From: Octopus sinensis
Taxonomy: Eukaryota
DNA: 35,631 nt
NCBI RefSeq assembly: GCF_006345805.1
Contig: NW_021836805.1
Span: 1 to 35,631, forward strand
Direction: 5' to 3'
Shown here: positions 1 to 12,600 of the stretch, piece after piece
Numbering within the stretch: position 1 is the stretch's first letter
Layout of the letters: every line of letters starts with the position of its first letter
Notes under the pieces: model-generated
Seen by the model: the letters and a program-made list of their open reading frames with translations, nothing else
Database searches by the model: none
Told to the model about the DNA's origin: nothing
Position numbers and translations under genes: made by a program

Positions 1-1362
1 CATTCCTCCCCCTTCACAACAGACCTCGGATTCCAATCAGAAAACAGTATTTTCAAGGCAGTTCCAATGCCCGTTATCTGCAACTTCCCCCACAGTCTAC
101 ACTTGTCACAACCCACACAGTCCATAATTCTCGAGATATTCCTAAAACTACTCCTGAACTTCTCCTTTAAGGCACTACTCTTCCCCTTAAACAACAAGGA
201 CTCATTAAAATGATTGGTAAACATTCTATAAATCAACTCAATAGCTACAAACTTTGAATTCTCTAACATTCTAGAAAGTTCTAGAACAAGCTGGTCGTTG
301 CCAGAAAGGTCCCCCGTTAGACCTGGAAACTTGGAATAAGAGGAATGACTTACAGTGGAAAGGTACTTTGAAGCCTTGGCTATTGCTCTGAGCTCCACGG
401 CGTAAAGAAGGTGGAGGTTCTTGACCCACTGGACAGCCTCTTCCTTGAGGACAGTTCCCTTGATGAACCGACGACGGAATTCCTCAACGTTGGTACCCCA
501 AGTAGGAGGGATTACATCTTGGTGATTAATAGACTAACAAAAACTGTCAAAAAAGTATTTTTCACAAAGTTGGAGGTTTATGCTGAAGTGAAGGCCCGAA
601 ATTAAATCTTTCAATGTCTCCATTTCCAGACATTCTATGAGTTAAGTAAACCACCAACGTGTCTCCTCTCCCCTAATAATAAATTAATGATAGATGTTTA
701 CTGTTGGCAGTTTTCTCGATAGATTGAGTCCCAAACCTTCCAACTTGATTCCCCAGAATACCCCGTAAATCTCTCAGGGTTCTTTCGAAGATCAAAAAAT
801 GTCCCAGACCCCACCGACTCGTCTAAAAATAAAAAAATCAAAATACCACGATCACAGAACTCGAGATCCCTGTCCTCTGACCCCCACTTGTCCAACATTT
901 CAACGTCCTGGTCACTTTGAGGATTCACCACCAGTCCAAGACTACCTGAGAGAGTCGTCCAGTCGGTTATACCCCTCCAATGTTTCATATTTCTGATTAA
1001 AATCCTTTTTAAAAGCATCGGGGACTTGTTCCTAATAAATAATATGTATAATTATACCTGAGGACAAGACTGGATATGACAGCACTGCTGTGTATGGCAG
1101 ACACTGTCGGTCTCCCAGAACATGCACTCCTTGGTGACGTCGACCTAGGAGTCGTCAGTTGGCAGAACTTTGTAGAAACTAAACATATCGCTGTTGGTTA
1201 TATGTGCGATATTTGGCTGAATGAATCGGTCGTTGAAGGTGGAAAGCTCGTCGATGGAGCACTCACAGAGTTTAAGTTTATCCTGCAAATGGGGAGGGAG
1301 GCTTATACTTTGAATATTCGGTCTGAAGAGGTTGATACTAACAGAATCAAAAACAAGCACAT
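1..1362 (-). CDS. ERO1: ER oxidoreductin-1 (ERO1), spliced, 3' end beyond the window start
   Basis: Removing 24-31 nt GT..AG introns joins a signal peptide (MCLFLILLVSTSS), CECSIDE, CMFWETDSVCHTQQC, DLRKNPERFTGY, LISGLHFSIN and the active-site RNISRIMDCVGCDKCRLWGKLQ (CxxCxxC), all hallmark ERO1 motifs. Confidence 0.95.
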
Positions 1363-1469
1363 TCAGAAATGACACGTATTTATTCTACAACTTTTGTTTA
1401 AATTTATTTAATTATAAACAAATGTGTCTGTCATAATTAAATTCTGTCAAATCTGTTACCACCTACGAA

Positions 1470-1790
1470 TTTGTGGAAATCCGAGTTGACCTTCCGACGG
1501 ATAATAACATTTATTCACGGCAAATCGAGCAACACAATTAAACTCATCGAGGTGGAGATCACTTTACAAAATTGTCTACGCAGGTCGAAGTGGAAAAGTC
1601 CCACAATACTAACTGCTGGCATATAAACTAAGAGCGATCTAGCGGCCAAAAGTGAAGATCATCGCTGTCGTTATAACCTGGGACGGAAATGTGTCAAAAT
1701 TCTTCAAAAGCCATCTTTTGGCGCTCGGAGTGGAGGACATGGTGAAGGTATATATCCAAAACGGGTGGCTACTACTTTGGGAGTCAGCCA
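1470..1790 (+). mobile_element. Degenerate restriction-like endonuclease (RLE) domain of an R4/Dong-type non-LTR retrotransposon
   Basis: Frameshifted pieces EIRVD.., IKLIEVEIT, QVEVEKSH, LLAYKL..VKIIAVVITWDGNVSKF resemble the RLE C-terminus pattern (IEVGIT..EVEKKRKYDLLA..IIPYVMTWDG). Stops and frameshifts are present. Confidence 0.6.
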
Positions 1791-2148
1791 TAAAAATATG
1801 TCACCTGCTCAAAACTTGAGAGATTTTGAAGGCTAAACGAGTGTTGTAGGTGATTTTAGAAAGGAACAAAAGTTAACCAATTTGAAATTGTGCTGTACGG
1901 GTCTTTGATTCCCTAAAACCGACAATATAATTTATGATATTGTTAGCAACGAAAACATGAATTCTATTTCAAAAATTCTATAAATCCAGCACACTAGTGA
2001 CAATTTTTTTAAAATTTCTTATGTTTAAAAACACCAATGTTGACAGCGAGACTACAATTTACGAAAATAGAAACTAAAAATAACTTGATTAATATACTAA
2101 AGTAAAAGTTTAGTCCACGAAATCGGAAACAAAAATAAGCAAATTAAA

Positions 2149-4603
2149 TTATTTGTTATTTCGGGCAAGTAGACGCTCCCTCCCTGCCTGTAACTCAGTA
2201 ATGACAGAATAATCAGTGAGAGAGGATAAGTCCCCAAATTCAGTGGCACCCTTCACGATCTGGCGGAGAACACGCCGAATAATCTTGCCCGACCTCGTCT
2301 TGGGCATCACTCGTGCAATCTGCACATATTCCGGACTGGCGAAGGCACCAATAGTCTTCCTCACCTCCACTCTGATTTCCTGTTCCATCTCGGGGGTAAT
2401 ATCCTCCCCCTAATCATCAAGAAAACCAACAGCACTTGATGTAGAGTGACAAAGCAGTACACACATTCCCCCTTTATGTCGTGAGGAGCTGTTACTGCAG
2501 CTGCCTCAACCACGCTCGGATGTTGTACCAAAACTGCCTCGATTTCGGCTGTGCTGAGCAGGTGTCCTGAGACATTGAGCATGTCATCAATCCTCCCAGT
2601 GATCCAATAGTACCCATCATCGTCCCTATGCACTCCGTCACCCGTCAGGTAGTAGCCTCCGAAACGCTCAAAGTAAGTTCCCTTGAATCGCTCATAGTCA
2701 TTGTATATATTCCTCATTATTCCTGGCCAGGGCTGCTTTATTGCCTATTTTGGCTGTCAACCTGGCAATTGGACTAACCAAATATCCGTCAGCCTTTCCC
2801 GCCAGTTCATTGCCGTTTTCATCTAAAATTGCGGGGACCACTCCAAAGAACGGAAGTGTCTACGCTAAACCACAAAGAGCAAACTGCAGAGCCTGGTTTA
2901 GTGTTGAAACAAGGCAAGGGAGTGAGAATGTGGCCCCCCTACGAATGTGATAAATATGAGAATACAGTCTCCGTTTGCCAATAGGTATCAATCACAGCAC
3001 AACGTTTATTGCCCACAACAGAAAAGTACCATTCCCACACATCAGGGTTGATTGGTTCCCCCACAGTGCCTATTATTCTTAACGACTCACGTGTGCTATT
3101 CCTTCACGGTTTGAGTATTTTGAATACCAACCCGATTACGTAATCAATGTCATAGGACATGAGAGACCGAATAGCAGTGGGGGCAGTATAGAACTGTGTG
3201 ACTGCATATTTGTCACACATCCGCCAGAATCTGCTCGGGTCGGGGTATGTCATGACTCCCTCGTACTTTGAATATTTAACTGGAGGGTACCAAGACTGAG
3301 GTAGCACAGTTGAGAAGTGGCCCGTAACAAATGTAGCTGTGACCTGTGACCCACCCAAGGTCAGCAGTGCACCAATAAATGTCCTCAGGATTGTAGTCGA
3401 AGGCGTATTTGAACGTAGTGGCCGCATACAACATGTATCCACCTGTCGAATGCAATATTGCTTTGGGGACTCCAGTCGACCCACTTTTGTGATGATCGAA
3501 GACAACCTTGTGTGGAGCATGAACAGAGGGTCCTCGGCGTCCATCCACACGGGGTCACAGGTCGGACTTGACCCCTCCATCACCTCCTCCCAAGAAACAT
3601 CCCTTCCTGGGCAAATATTGTACTGAACATTAAAAGACGATTAAAACTTGCACGTTGAAAGGTCGAAGTCCAGGTGTCTCCTGTGGCTGTTGGGTGGGGG
3701 AGGGCGACAGGTGTCTTTTCACAATGACTTTGTCTATGTTGAACCCTCTGGACATGTTGGAAGGCTTACTTTTCACTGCAAATGTCGATGGCTTCGTCGC
3801 ATATGTTCTTTAAATTAATTAATTTCGTTCCTCGCCAAAATGCGTCTGGAAATGTCAGTTTTGGCCAGACCTGCCACAATGACCAATTTTGGTTGGGCGC
3901 TGAGGAATCTGACAGCAAGGGAATTCGCCGAAAAGCCGGCGAACTACAATCGAGTGGACTAATCATACCACAATTGAATGAATGACCCCCAGACGAGCAC
4001 AGGCGAGCATTGCCACCAACAATTCAGGAATCATAGGCATATACATCGACACCGCATCCCCCTTCTTTAGTCCTAAAAAATTATTTAACAGAATAATTAT
4101 AATTTGTGGTTAATGACCACACCCATTGATCTAAGCACATTCGCCATTTTGCACACTTCTTGATGTAACTGCGAGTATGTGAGTTGTCTCGTGTCCGAAG
4201 AGTCGTTGCCTTCCCTGGGAGGTCAGGAAACGACTTTAGACCAGTAGAAGACAGTTTTGTCTCCATTCCCATTTTTGATGTGTCGATCCAAGCAGTTGTA
4301 GGAGACGTTGGTTCTGGCACCTTTGAACCAGTTGATGGATATTGGTCCTTTGCTGGAGTCAAAATTCCATTCGAGGCCTTGATTTGGCTCAAACGAGTCC
4401 CAAAAAAATTGTTGGGCAATTTTAGACCAGAAAGCGACTGGATTCTGCACGGATTGGTCGTACATTTGTTTGTAGTGACTCATACTGGGCAAATGACTCT
4501 TCTCGAGGACTCTTTTTGGAGGGTGGTACAATTCATGTTCGGCGTGTTTTATCGAGCCGTCGTGAGCGGTTCTCAAAAAGACTGAAGAAGATTTGGTAGT
4601 CAT
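2149..4603 (-). CDS. ACSS2: Acetyl-CoA synthetase (ACSS2-like), complete, 13 introns of 22-50 nt
   Basis: The spliced product contains [34 protein letters not shown] (AMP-binding loop), [48 protein letters not shown] and [14 protein letters not shown] at 4603, TAA at 2149. Confidence 0.95.
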
Positions 4604-4959
4604 TGGGATTGATTTGTATCGGGTAATTAGTCTTTGGAGTGTTCTAGAGTAATTAGACCGGCATTACTGGTTTGATAAAATCCGCATTTATTAACCAATT
4701 CAAAAATTTATTTTTTTGTAGTAACCAAGTTAAAAAAAACACTAATCTTATTCTACTTAAAATAAATTATAATTGATGTTTTACATCCGATAGGAATACT
4801 ATAATGGTATCTTTTTATACGAAATTTCAATTTATATAAGTTAGTTTGTTAAGAACTCTTTTGCTTGAGCCATCGTCCCCGGCATTTTTTTGAAAGAAAT
4901 TTCAATATATATAAGTTAGTTAAAAAGTCTTTCGTGTCGCTTTAGAAGGGCTTCGCTTG

Positions 4960-5450
4960 AGTTATGCTTAGAGCCATCGTTCCGAACATCTTGGCCCACG
5001 CTCTCTCTTTTCTGGCCCTCATTCGAACATTGGCAGATTATCCGCCGTTATCACTTCACCACCGATTGTTGTATAGTCTTCTTTTAAGGATGTTGCAAGA
5101 ATGTTCCTTGATCCCCCTCGATACCCATGACTTTCGGAGTGGAAGTATTTATCCTTTATTTTGTTACATGGCGTAGTAGGGAACAGTCCAAATAGTTGCC
5201 ATCTCGATAAAATAACGTTCATGCTGATTGGTCTACATTTACATAGATTGTATAATTTTTCATTTGAGATTTTCCTCAATTCCGATACAGAGTTGGCTTC
5301 TATGAAATGCAACTAGCAGTTCTAAATCGTTTTTTTAAGAGTCCCCAAGGTTTCAGAATTATATACTAATATTGGCGTTACAAAAAATCATATAATCTTA
5401 TTTTCAACAAAACATGCTTTTTCTTATCCAGATGATGTCCATGTAATGCA
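4960..5450 (-). mobile_element. LINE (RTE-like) reverse transcriptase C-terminal remnant
   Basis: Fragments FVTPILVYNSET, LVAFHRSQL, KISNEKLY..SRWQLFG match the post-RT region of LINEs and resemble the element at 14790-15780. Frameshifted. Confidence 0.65.
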
Positions 5451-5679
5451 TTTATATATAAATATTAAAATTTTAATGATATCTTAATCAACTTGTGATG
5501 AGATCTTCCACTAAACAGAAAGACTAAGCGCATCCACGCAAAACTAGACTAGATTGGCTGAAGATGTCAAGACAGAGCACTATTGTGGACTACAAGCCAC
5601 CTTTGAATGAAACCTTGACTAATATTTCCAACAAATTTAGCGACGGCTGATTTCAAAGAAGACGAGCAAAATTGTAAAA

Positions 5680-6187
5680 CAGTGGTTCTCAAACTTTTTT
5701 GTCTCCTGTACATTTTGGCACCAAAATGATTTTTTTCTTAGCACTTATTGATTTTTGAATAATTAAAAAATATTTAATTAACGAAATGAATATTGGTGTT
5801 TATAAAAAACTAATCTTTCTATTTCTGAATCCTTTGATAAAAGACACACAAATATCATCTTCAACATTTAGTCTCACACGATGGACTGATTTTAAATTGA
5901 ACAATGATTGAAATCTTTTTTCACAGAGACATTTTGTTGAAATCTTGTTTGTACCGATAAACTCAAACATTAACTCGCAAAAATGTGCGTTGAATAATAT
6001 AGCATTACACCCTAATACTTATTTGATAACACTGATAAATATGAATGATAATTTCACAAGAAAAATATGTATTTAATTTTTCAATCTGTGAACACTCGAA
6101 AGAAAATTTCCTTTGGATAACCATTAGACTATTTATTCTAAACTGAAAATCAAAATTTTTTCGCGTACCCAAGTTTAAAAACCACTG
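5680..6187 (-). mobile_element. Internally deleted hAT (Charlie-like) DNA transposon
   Basis: Terminal inverted repeats CAGTGGTTCTCAAACT / AGTTTAAAAACCACTG. Internal minus-strand STKCLCEKRFQSLFNLKSVHRVRLNVEDD matches the hAT C-terminal dimerisation motif. No clean 8-bp target-site duplication (TSD). Confidence 0.75.
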
Positions 6188-6631
6188 GTATCAATGTGGC
6201 AAGAATATCTCGTGACAGTCAGCATGAGAATACAAAGTGGTTACAGAGCCTGAAACAACAAATAACAACAGCCGAAACAGTTCACACCCAATTTTAATTT
6301 ATGGATCGGACAATTTATTGGACTAATATTATATAATATATGATTCTTTACAACGAATAAAAGTACAACAAATAAAAGTTGTGTTCAAAATGTTAGAGAA
6401 ACTTGGAACGCCGAAAAAAAAGTTGTGTTTATGTAATTTATGAGAAAATTATCTGTTTTTCCGATTCGTGTTTGTATTTACTTGATATTTTGTTTAATTA
6501 ATATTAAAAATAGAACATATTACTTTATTATATAAAAATGAAATAAAATAATATTTATTTGATAACAATAGATATCGCATTCTCAAACTTGTGAGGTTAG
6601 TGAATTCCGATACTCTAATCAAAAAATAGTC

Positions 6632-9600
6632 ATGCAAGTGGCAACCGCTCATAATCCTGTGGACCCCAACATTTTGAATGTAGGACTCGCCTCTTTCGAA
6701 AGATACCGAACTAACAACAAAAGTAACAAACTTTATTAAACCACCAGTCGAACGTGAGAACATCCAAAAGCGTACTTTCACTCGATGGATCAACAGTCAC
6801 ATATCAAAAGTCAGCGACCTTTGCGTGACCGACCTCTACGTCGACTTGGCCGATGGACGAGTACTCAAAACACTCCTCGAAGTGCTTACAGGAGAAACAC
6901 TGGTATTTCCCGCTACTCAGCACTCATTAATCAATATATCTCTATCCTTACAAGTATTGACAATCAATCGTTGGGTGGCAGCAGCACTCATTAGAAAATC
7001 ATTAATTAATTGTCGGGAATTCTTTGGTCATAATTCATTTCTAGTGGGTATTGAATTTAGGCATTCGCGCGTTGATTAGATTGACAATCAATCGATTATT
7101 ATTTGCTACGTTAATTAATTATACTTGCTTTGATATTAATTATGTTTAGCCTGCTCTGAGGAATGATACGATGGGGATATACTGTCTGGAGAATCTCCAC
7201 AAGATTATACTCTTCCTTGAGAGTTATCGCGTCCATTTGGAGAATATCCAACCATTGGACATATACACTGGCAACCCTGACTTAATTCTTGGACTAATTT
7301 GGATTATTATACTCAGTTTTCAGGTTTCTTTCATTTTTCTTATTGTAGGTGTCCGACATTGACCGACAGGATTCCATGCATGTGGCCAGAGAGGTGGTCT
7401 GTCGATCGTCCGCCCCCACCAATAAGTCGGTTGGGGGAAGGGACCGGTCGGAGGCTTTGCTGCGTTGGTGTCAGCTCAAGACAGCCGAGTATCTGAACGT
7501 GGATATAATGGACTTTACTACATCGTGGAAGGACGGATTGGCATTCAATGCCCTCATCCACAGACATAGGTTAGAATTGGAGGTGAGTGATCTGACTAGG
7601 CCAGATCTCATATCCTATGACCAACTCAGGAAATACGAGTTTTCTTTTAACCTCAACAACGCATTTTCTGTGGCTCAGCACAGTTTGGGAATTGAAAGTA
7701 TCCTCGACCCTTCTGGTTTTCTGTTTTATGTATATTCCAAGATCTGGCAATGGACAGACCCGACAGTCGGTCGATCATAACTTATGTGTCCTCGTTGTAT
7801 CAGTATTTTTCCAAACAGAGAGCAGACAGCGTGAGTATCCAGAGACTGTCCAATGTAGAATTGCCATTTTAGTTCTTTCTATAGATATTGAGGGATACGG
7901 TTGATATTGAGAAGCAGATCGACAAGTACAATTTTAATGTGGAGGATTTGATGGGGTGGATAGTCCACACGACGGAATCTCTCACTAATGCCTCGTTGCC
8001 CTCCACGGTTGACGAACTGAACGATAAATTGGCTGATTTTTCATTCTACAAATTGAATGTTCGCCCCAAAAGGTGGATTTGATAAATCAGACTCTTTTAG
8101 ATTAGAGCAGAAGAATGACCTGGAAGTACTGCTGCTGAACATTCAGAGTAAAATGAGACAGAGGAACATGAGGGACGTTTTTAGTCCCCGAGAAGGCGAG
8201 ACGATGGCCGATGTTGATAGGAATTGGGAAATCCTCGAAAGGGTGGAATATTCCTACGAAACCCAAATAAAGACTCAAATGCTCATGTTTTGTGTTTTAT
8301 AAACTGTAGATATCGACGACTGGAAATTATGGCTGACAAGTTTGGGCGTTCTGTCAGACAATGCGAGGACTGGGTTGATCTGAAAGCGCAAGAGTTGGCC
8401 TCCTTCGATCAACAATGCGACTATTTGAGCGCCTCAATAGTCATCAAGCGCATGGAGTTACTACAAGCTGAGATTTCCCTGAGGGAACCAATCAATCTCA
8501 CTCTCAAATCCCAAGTGGAATATTTTTCTCAGCAAAACTATAATTTGGATCCTCAAGTCCTTCAAAGGTTCCGATTTGGGTCTGATTTGTGCAGATTTGA
8601 GGACTATAACTGTAAATGGGGTGAACTGGTTGACAAATATGCTGAAATTAGTCACAAGTTTTCCACATTCAGGATAGTGGAGGCACTCTCTGCGCGAATA
8701 GACAATCTAAACCAAGAAATGGACTGCATTATGGCCAATCTATCTTCGTTTAGTTTCCGGAATGTGAAGCAGATCGACGCCCTCAACGACGACAGTGCGA
8801 CATTGGCGAAGGAACTAGACTGGACCGAGTCATGTCTGGCTGTTCTTAGGGAGGACTATGAAAAAGTAGACAACAGTAATCAACTGGCATTATTCTCTAA
8901 TAGCAGACGAGACGGACAAATTTGGAGAACAGTTGAATGGATTGGAGTCTCGGATGTCGACAATGAGGGAAATAATGTCGGTTAGGACAGGGAAACTGAG
9001 GGAACTTCAAGACAACTTTGAGTTGTCACAATCTGCAAATGAGTTCTACTACTGGCTGCAACAGCAACTACTTCTGTCGACGGACAATGGTGATTCCGTG
9101 GAATCAACAATGACATTGATAAACGAGTTGAAGGTGTTGGGAGTGTTTTAATATTTAAAGGAGGTCGGGTTGGGATATGAAAAACGAGTGGAGGATTTGA
9201 GAATGTTGGCATCTCCATTTGGTACTATCAAAGAGATGGTCGAGAAATGTGGGTTTCCCGCGTTTGATCCAACTCCACTCATGTCCGATTTCGATGTAAA
9301 ATTCAACAAGCGGATGAATTTATTAACAGACAGACTGCAAGTGTTTAGAGTAAAACCACTGCTGTCATTTTTGCAGGTTTTGGATCGACTCGACGAATTT
9401 TCCGACGTGTTGAGGACAATTTATAACATTTATTCTGACGAGGCAACGCCCAATCCAGACATGGCGACTACGGAATTGTTATTGGACCAACTCAACGTGA
9501 ATATGGACAAGTGTTTGGATTATGCCGCAGTCACGGGAATGGCACAACAACTTATATTTGTTAGTGTAGTATTAATATACCACAGGATGGACAAGACGTC

Positions 9601-12600
9601 GATGGATTGGTTGCAAATAGTGTGGCCGATGTCAACGAATTACATGGCAATGTCGTCTTCCTTTGTGAATCAGAAAAAACACGACTTTTGCGTGTCTTAT
9701 CATACAATCAGATAATCAGGAGTCTGAGCTTTATAGGCGATTGGATATCCCTTGAGGTATTATGAGTGAGGTAGTGTGTAGAGCAGGAGACTGGCCTCCC
9801 TCGAAATGGAATCACGAGAATCGGTTAAGACAGCTAAAGTAAATTTGACCGTGATGCTCGATGAGAGTACAAAAATGCAAGAAAAAGTACAACTTTGTGT
9901 GTTCAGTAGTCTAGGTTGATTCGGTTAACAGGAATGCCGAATCCTGGCTGGAAGGGGCAAAGGAGACTGATCCTGTGCAATATGTCAAGGGTCTGTCCAC
10001 GCAGGTCAACGACCAGTGGAGGTCTTGGCTGTCGGAATTGGAAAGACGGTGGAGAGAGGTCGGACTGTCCTTCCTTAAGGAGACTATTTCAGTCTCTCTG
10101 AGAGAAGTGGAGGTTTTTAGACCATTGTTACTGGTTTAAAGGAGGAAGTTGATTTTTTCGAGTCTTTTGTTGAGACAGACGTTGAAGACGCGGACTTGAG
10201 TCGACTGATGTACCTGAGGAGACGCCTCCAGAATTTTGACTCAGATATGGACAAGTTAAGGACAAAGGTAGTGGACTGTTCTTATTGCAGCTTGAGAGTA
10301 TTGTGAATAAGGTCGGGGATGTGAAGTCGTTGGATGAGGAGTTTTCTGGTCAAGTAATGGAAAATGTGTTTCGGATTACTAGAAGGCTTGATGATATCAC
10401 GGAAAATGTATTTTTGTTGTTTTGTGATTGGAAGGCGAGAAAGTATCAGAATCGAATGGAGGAAGCCAATGAAACCTCACTATTTATATCAAAACTGGAC
10501 AAATGGGATGCTTGGCTATCACAATTCGATCTATCAGAGAACGTCCACAGTCAATCACCCATCAGCGATTGGGAAAATCTATTGAAGATATTTGACGACT
10601 ATGACGAATTAATTCAGTCAGAAAAAGACTCTTTCAAACAGACTGTCGAGTTTGGGAGAGATTTGTTGTCGGAAGGGACTGATCTCGACCGTCATATTCT
10701 CATCTCGGTTTGTAGTCGTGGTGAAATTACATTAGCAAACGAACGCACTCAATGACCGATGGGACTTTGTGGAAGGACAGGTTGCTCAGAGCAAGAAGGA
10801 CATTGAAGAATTTATTTTATACAAAGTAAATAATATATTGAGATATTTAAAGTCCTATGAGGAGAGTTTAGAGGAGGCTGGGAGAAAGTTGGAAGAAGAC
10901 GAGGCAATGTTGTCCATAGTTATTCCGAAGGTGGCCAGTTAGTTATATTTTAAGGACTTTTATGATGATTTGGTGCCAGTGATTGAAGAATTGGAAGAAT
11001 ATGTCAACCAAAGGACAGGGGAATCATTCCAAAGTCCATTTATACGATTGGTGGAAGTATCCGAACAGCTCAACGTGCCTGAGATTGGAGACAAAGTACA
11101 GGAAGTACTTAACAGGTGATTTTTCATCCAAACTGTGTTCAGACTGGACGACAATGGTCGGAGGTTGTGTGAGCGTATACAACAACTCAAAAATTTGGCC
11201 AAATTCGTGGAATTTAAAGATTTGTGTGATATTGTATATTGATTTGAGTTATTTGTAGTTTAATTACTCGTCAGTCGCCCTGAGAGATAAGTTGACTGGA
11301 CTAAACAATGTCCCCAGTACTCAGGGGATGGTCAATCGTGAAGAACAGTATTCTCTGCCAGTAGAGAACATGCACCTCCAACACTTTGACATTGAGGAAA
11401 TGGTATATTAACTGATATATTGAGAATCCTGCTCAAATGAGTATTGACATGCCTGAATATGAGAGCGAGATTGCTCGGTTGTATGGGGACGTCAACGAAT
11501 TGAAGGACGAGGTAATCACTCTGCTCAAGCCGGGGGACCCTGAAGTCACAGGAAGTGATGACATGGACCTAATCGTCGTCGATTCCAAATTAGGGTGTGA
11601 TATTTTGAGTGGAAGACATGCAGCCAATCTTCTCGAGAAATGTGATGTAATATTGTAGTTATAATTGTGCCTAAGGAGTTGATGAGGGAAGCTGAGTCCG
11701 AGTCTCCAAACATTTCTGAACGGTGAGTTTAAGGTTAATGAGTGTTAGAGTTTCTGTCGTTGACTCCCACCGAGAGAGGATCATTTCTGTACAGAAGGCT
11801 TTAAGAATGTCAGCCAAATTTAAATATGTTGTGTCATTGGTGGAACGGATGATGTGTGCTGTGGAGGAGACAGTTCCCACCACTTTAGGATACGTTGAAC
11901 TGTCCATGGCTGATCTCGGGACACTGGGGGGTAGAGTGGACTCGATTGAGCCAATGGTTACTGAGGTGTTAGAGGAATCGGTGGACATTGTGCAGACTGG
12001 CTCCGCTCCCGTCGAATTCTCAGAGTGGAATTATAAATTGGAATCACTGTGGAACACACTAAAGACAAGAATCCAAGACCGTTCGAGGGAGTTGAGCACG
12101 TTGAAGGACTACTATACAGTATTGGCAGAGTGGGAGTGTTTGTAGTGTTGTGTGGAAATGGAAGGACTACTGGAATGGATAGAATTGCAGTCCTCATTTC
12201 TAATTGGAGAAGTGAATCCGGGGGAGGATATTTATGTGAACGAGTGGGTGTCCTGGAGTCTTGAACTCCGAGAGATGATTGTCCGCAATGGAATCGATGA
12301 GGTTAATGCGCTCGTCAGTCGAAGCACTGAGTTAGAGGAGGTGGAGTCTTTGTCGGTCAGTCAGAGGTGTTCTTGGCCTTTAATTGGTGTAGGAACAAGT
12401 TGAAGGAGGAGAGGGAGGAATTGAATGGTCAGTATGGGAACCTCCTAGAACAGGCCGCAATAAGGAAGAAGGACGTCTTTGTTTTGAGGGCAATGATGCA
12501 ATTTTTCAACTCCTATGTTATGAGTGACTTTTGGTTTGAACAAAAAATATTTTTTGCTCAAAATATGGAGATTTTTGGAAACCTATCAACCATTTCTGTA

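Noticed and set aside
2149-4603. Bacterial horizontal transfer of acs
   Set aside because: It carries 13 spliceosomal introns and nothing in the sequence points to a prokaryotic origin.
5500-6290. R4-like LINE fragment split by the hAT element (QHENTKWLQSLK)
   Set aside because: Similarity is too short and degenerate to call by eye.
6494-6793. Antisense ORF conserved in both copies (also 28632-28946)
   Set aside because: Conservation is explained by the recent duplication. It overlaps the spectrin 5' region and has no motif.
6903-7149. U12-type intron
   Set aside because: The donor is GTATTTCC rather than GTATCCTT, and no TCCTTAAC branch box is present.
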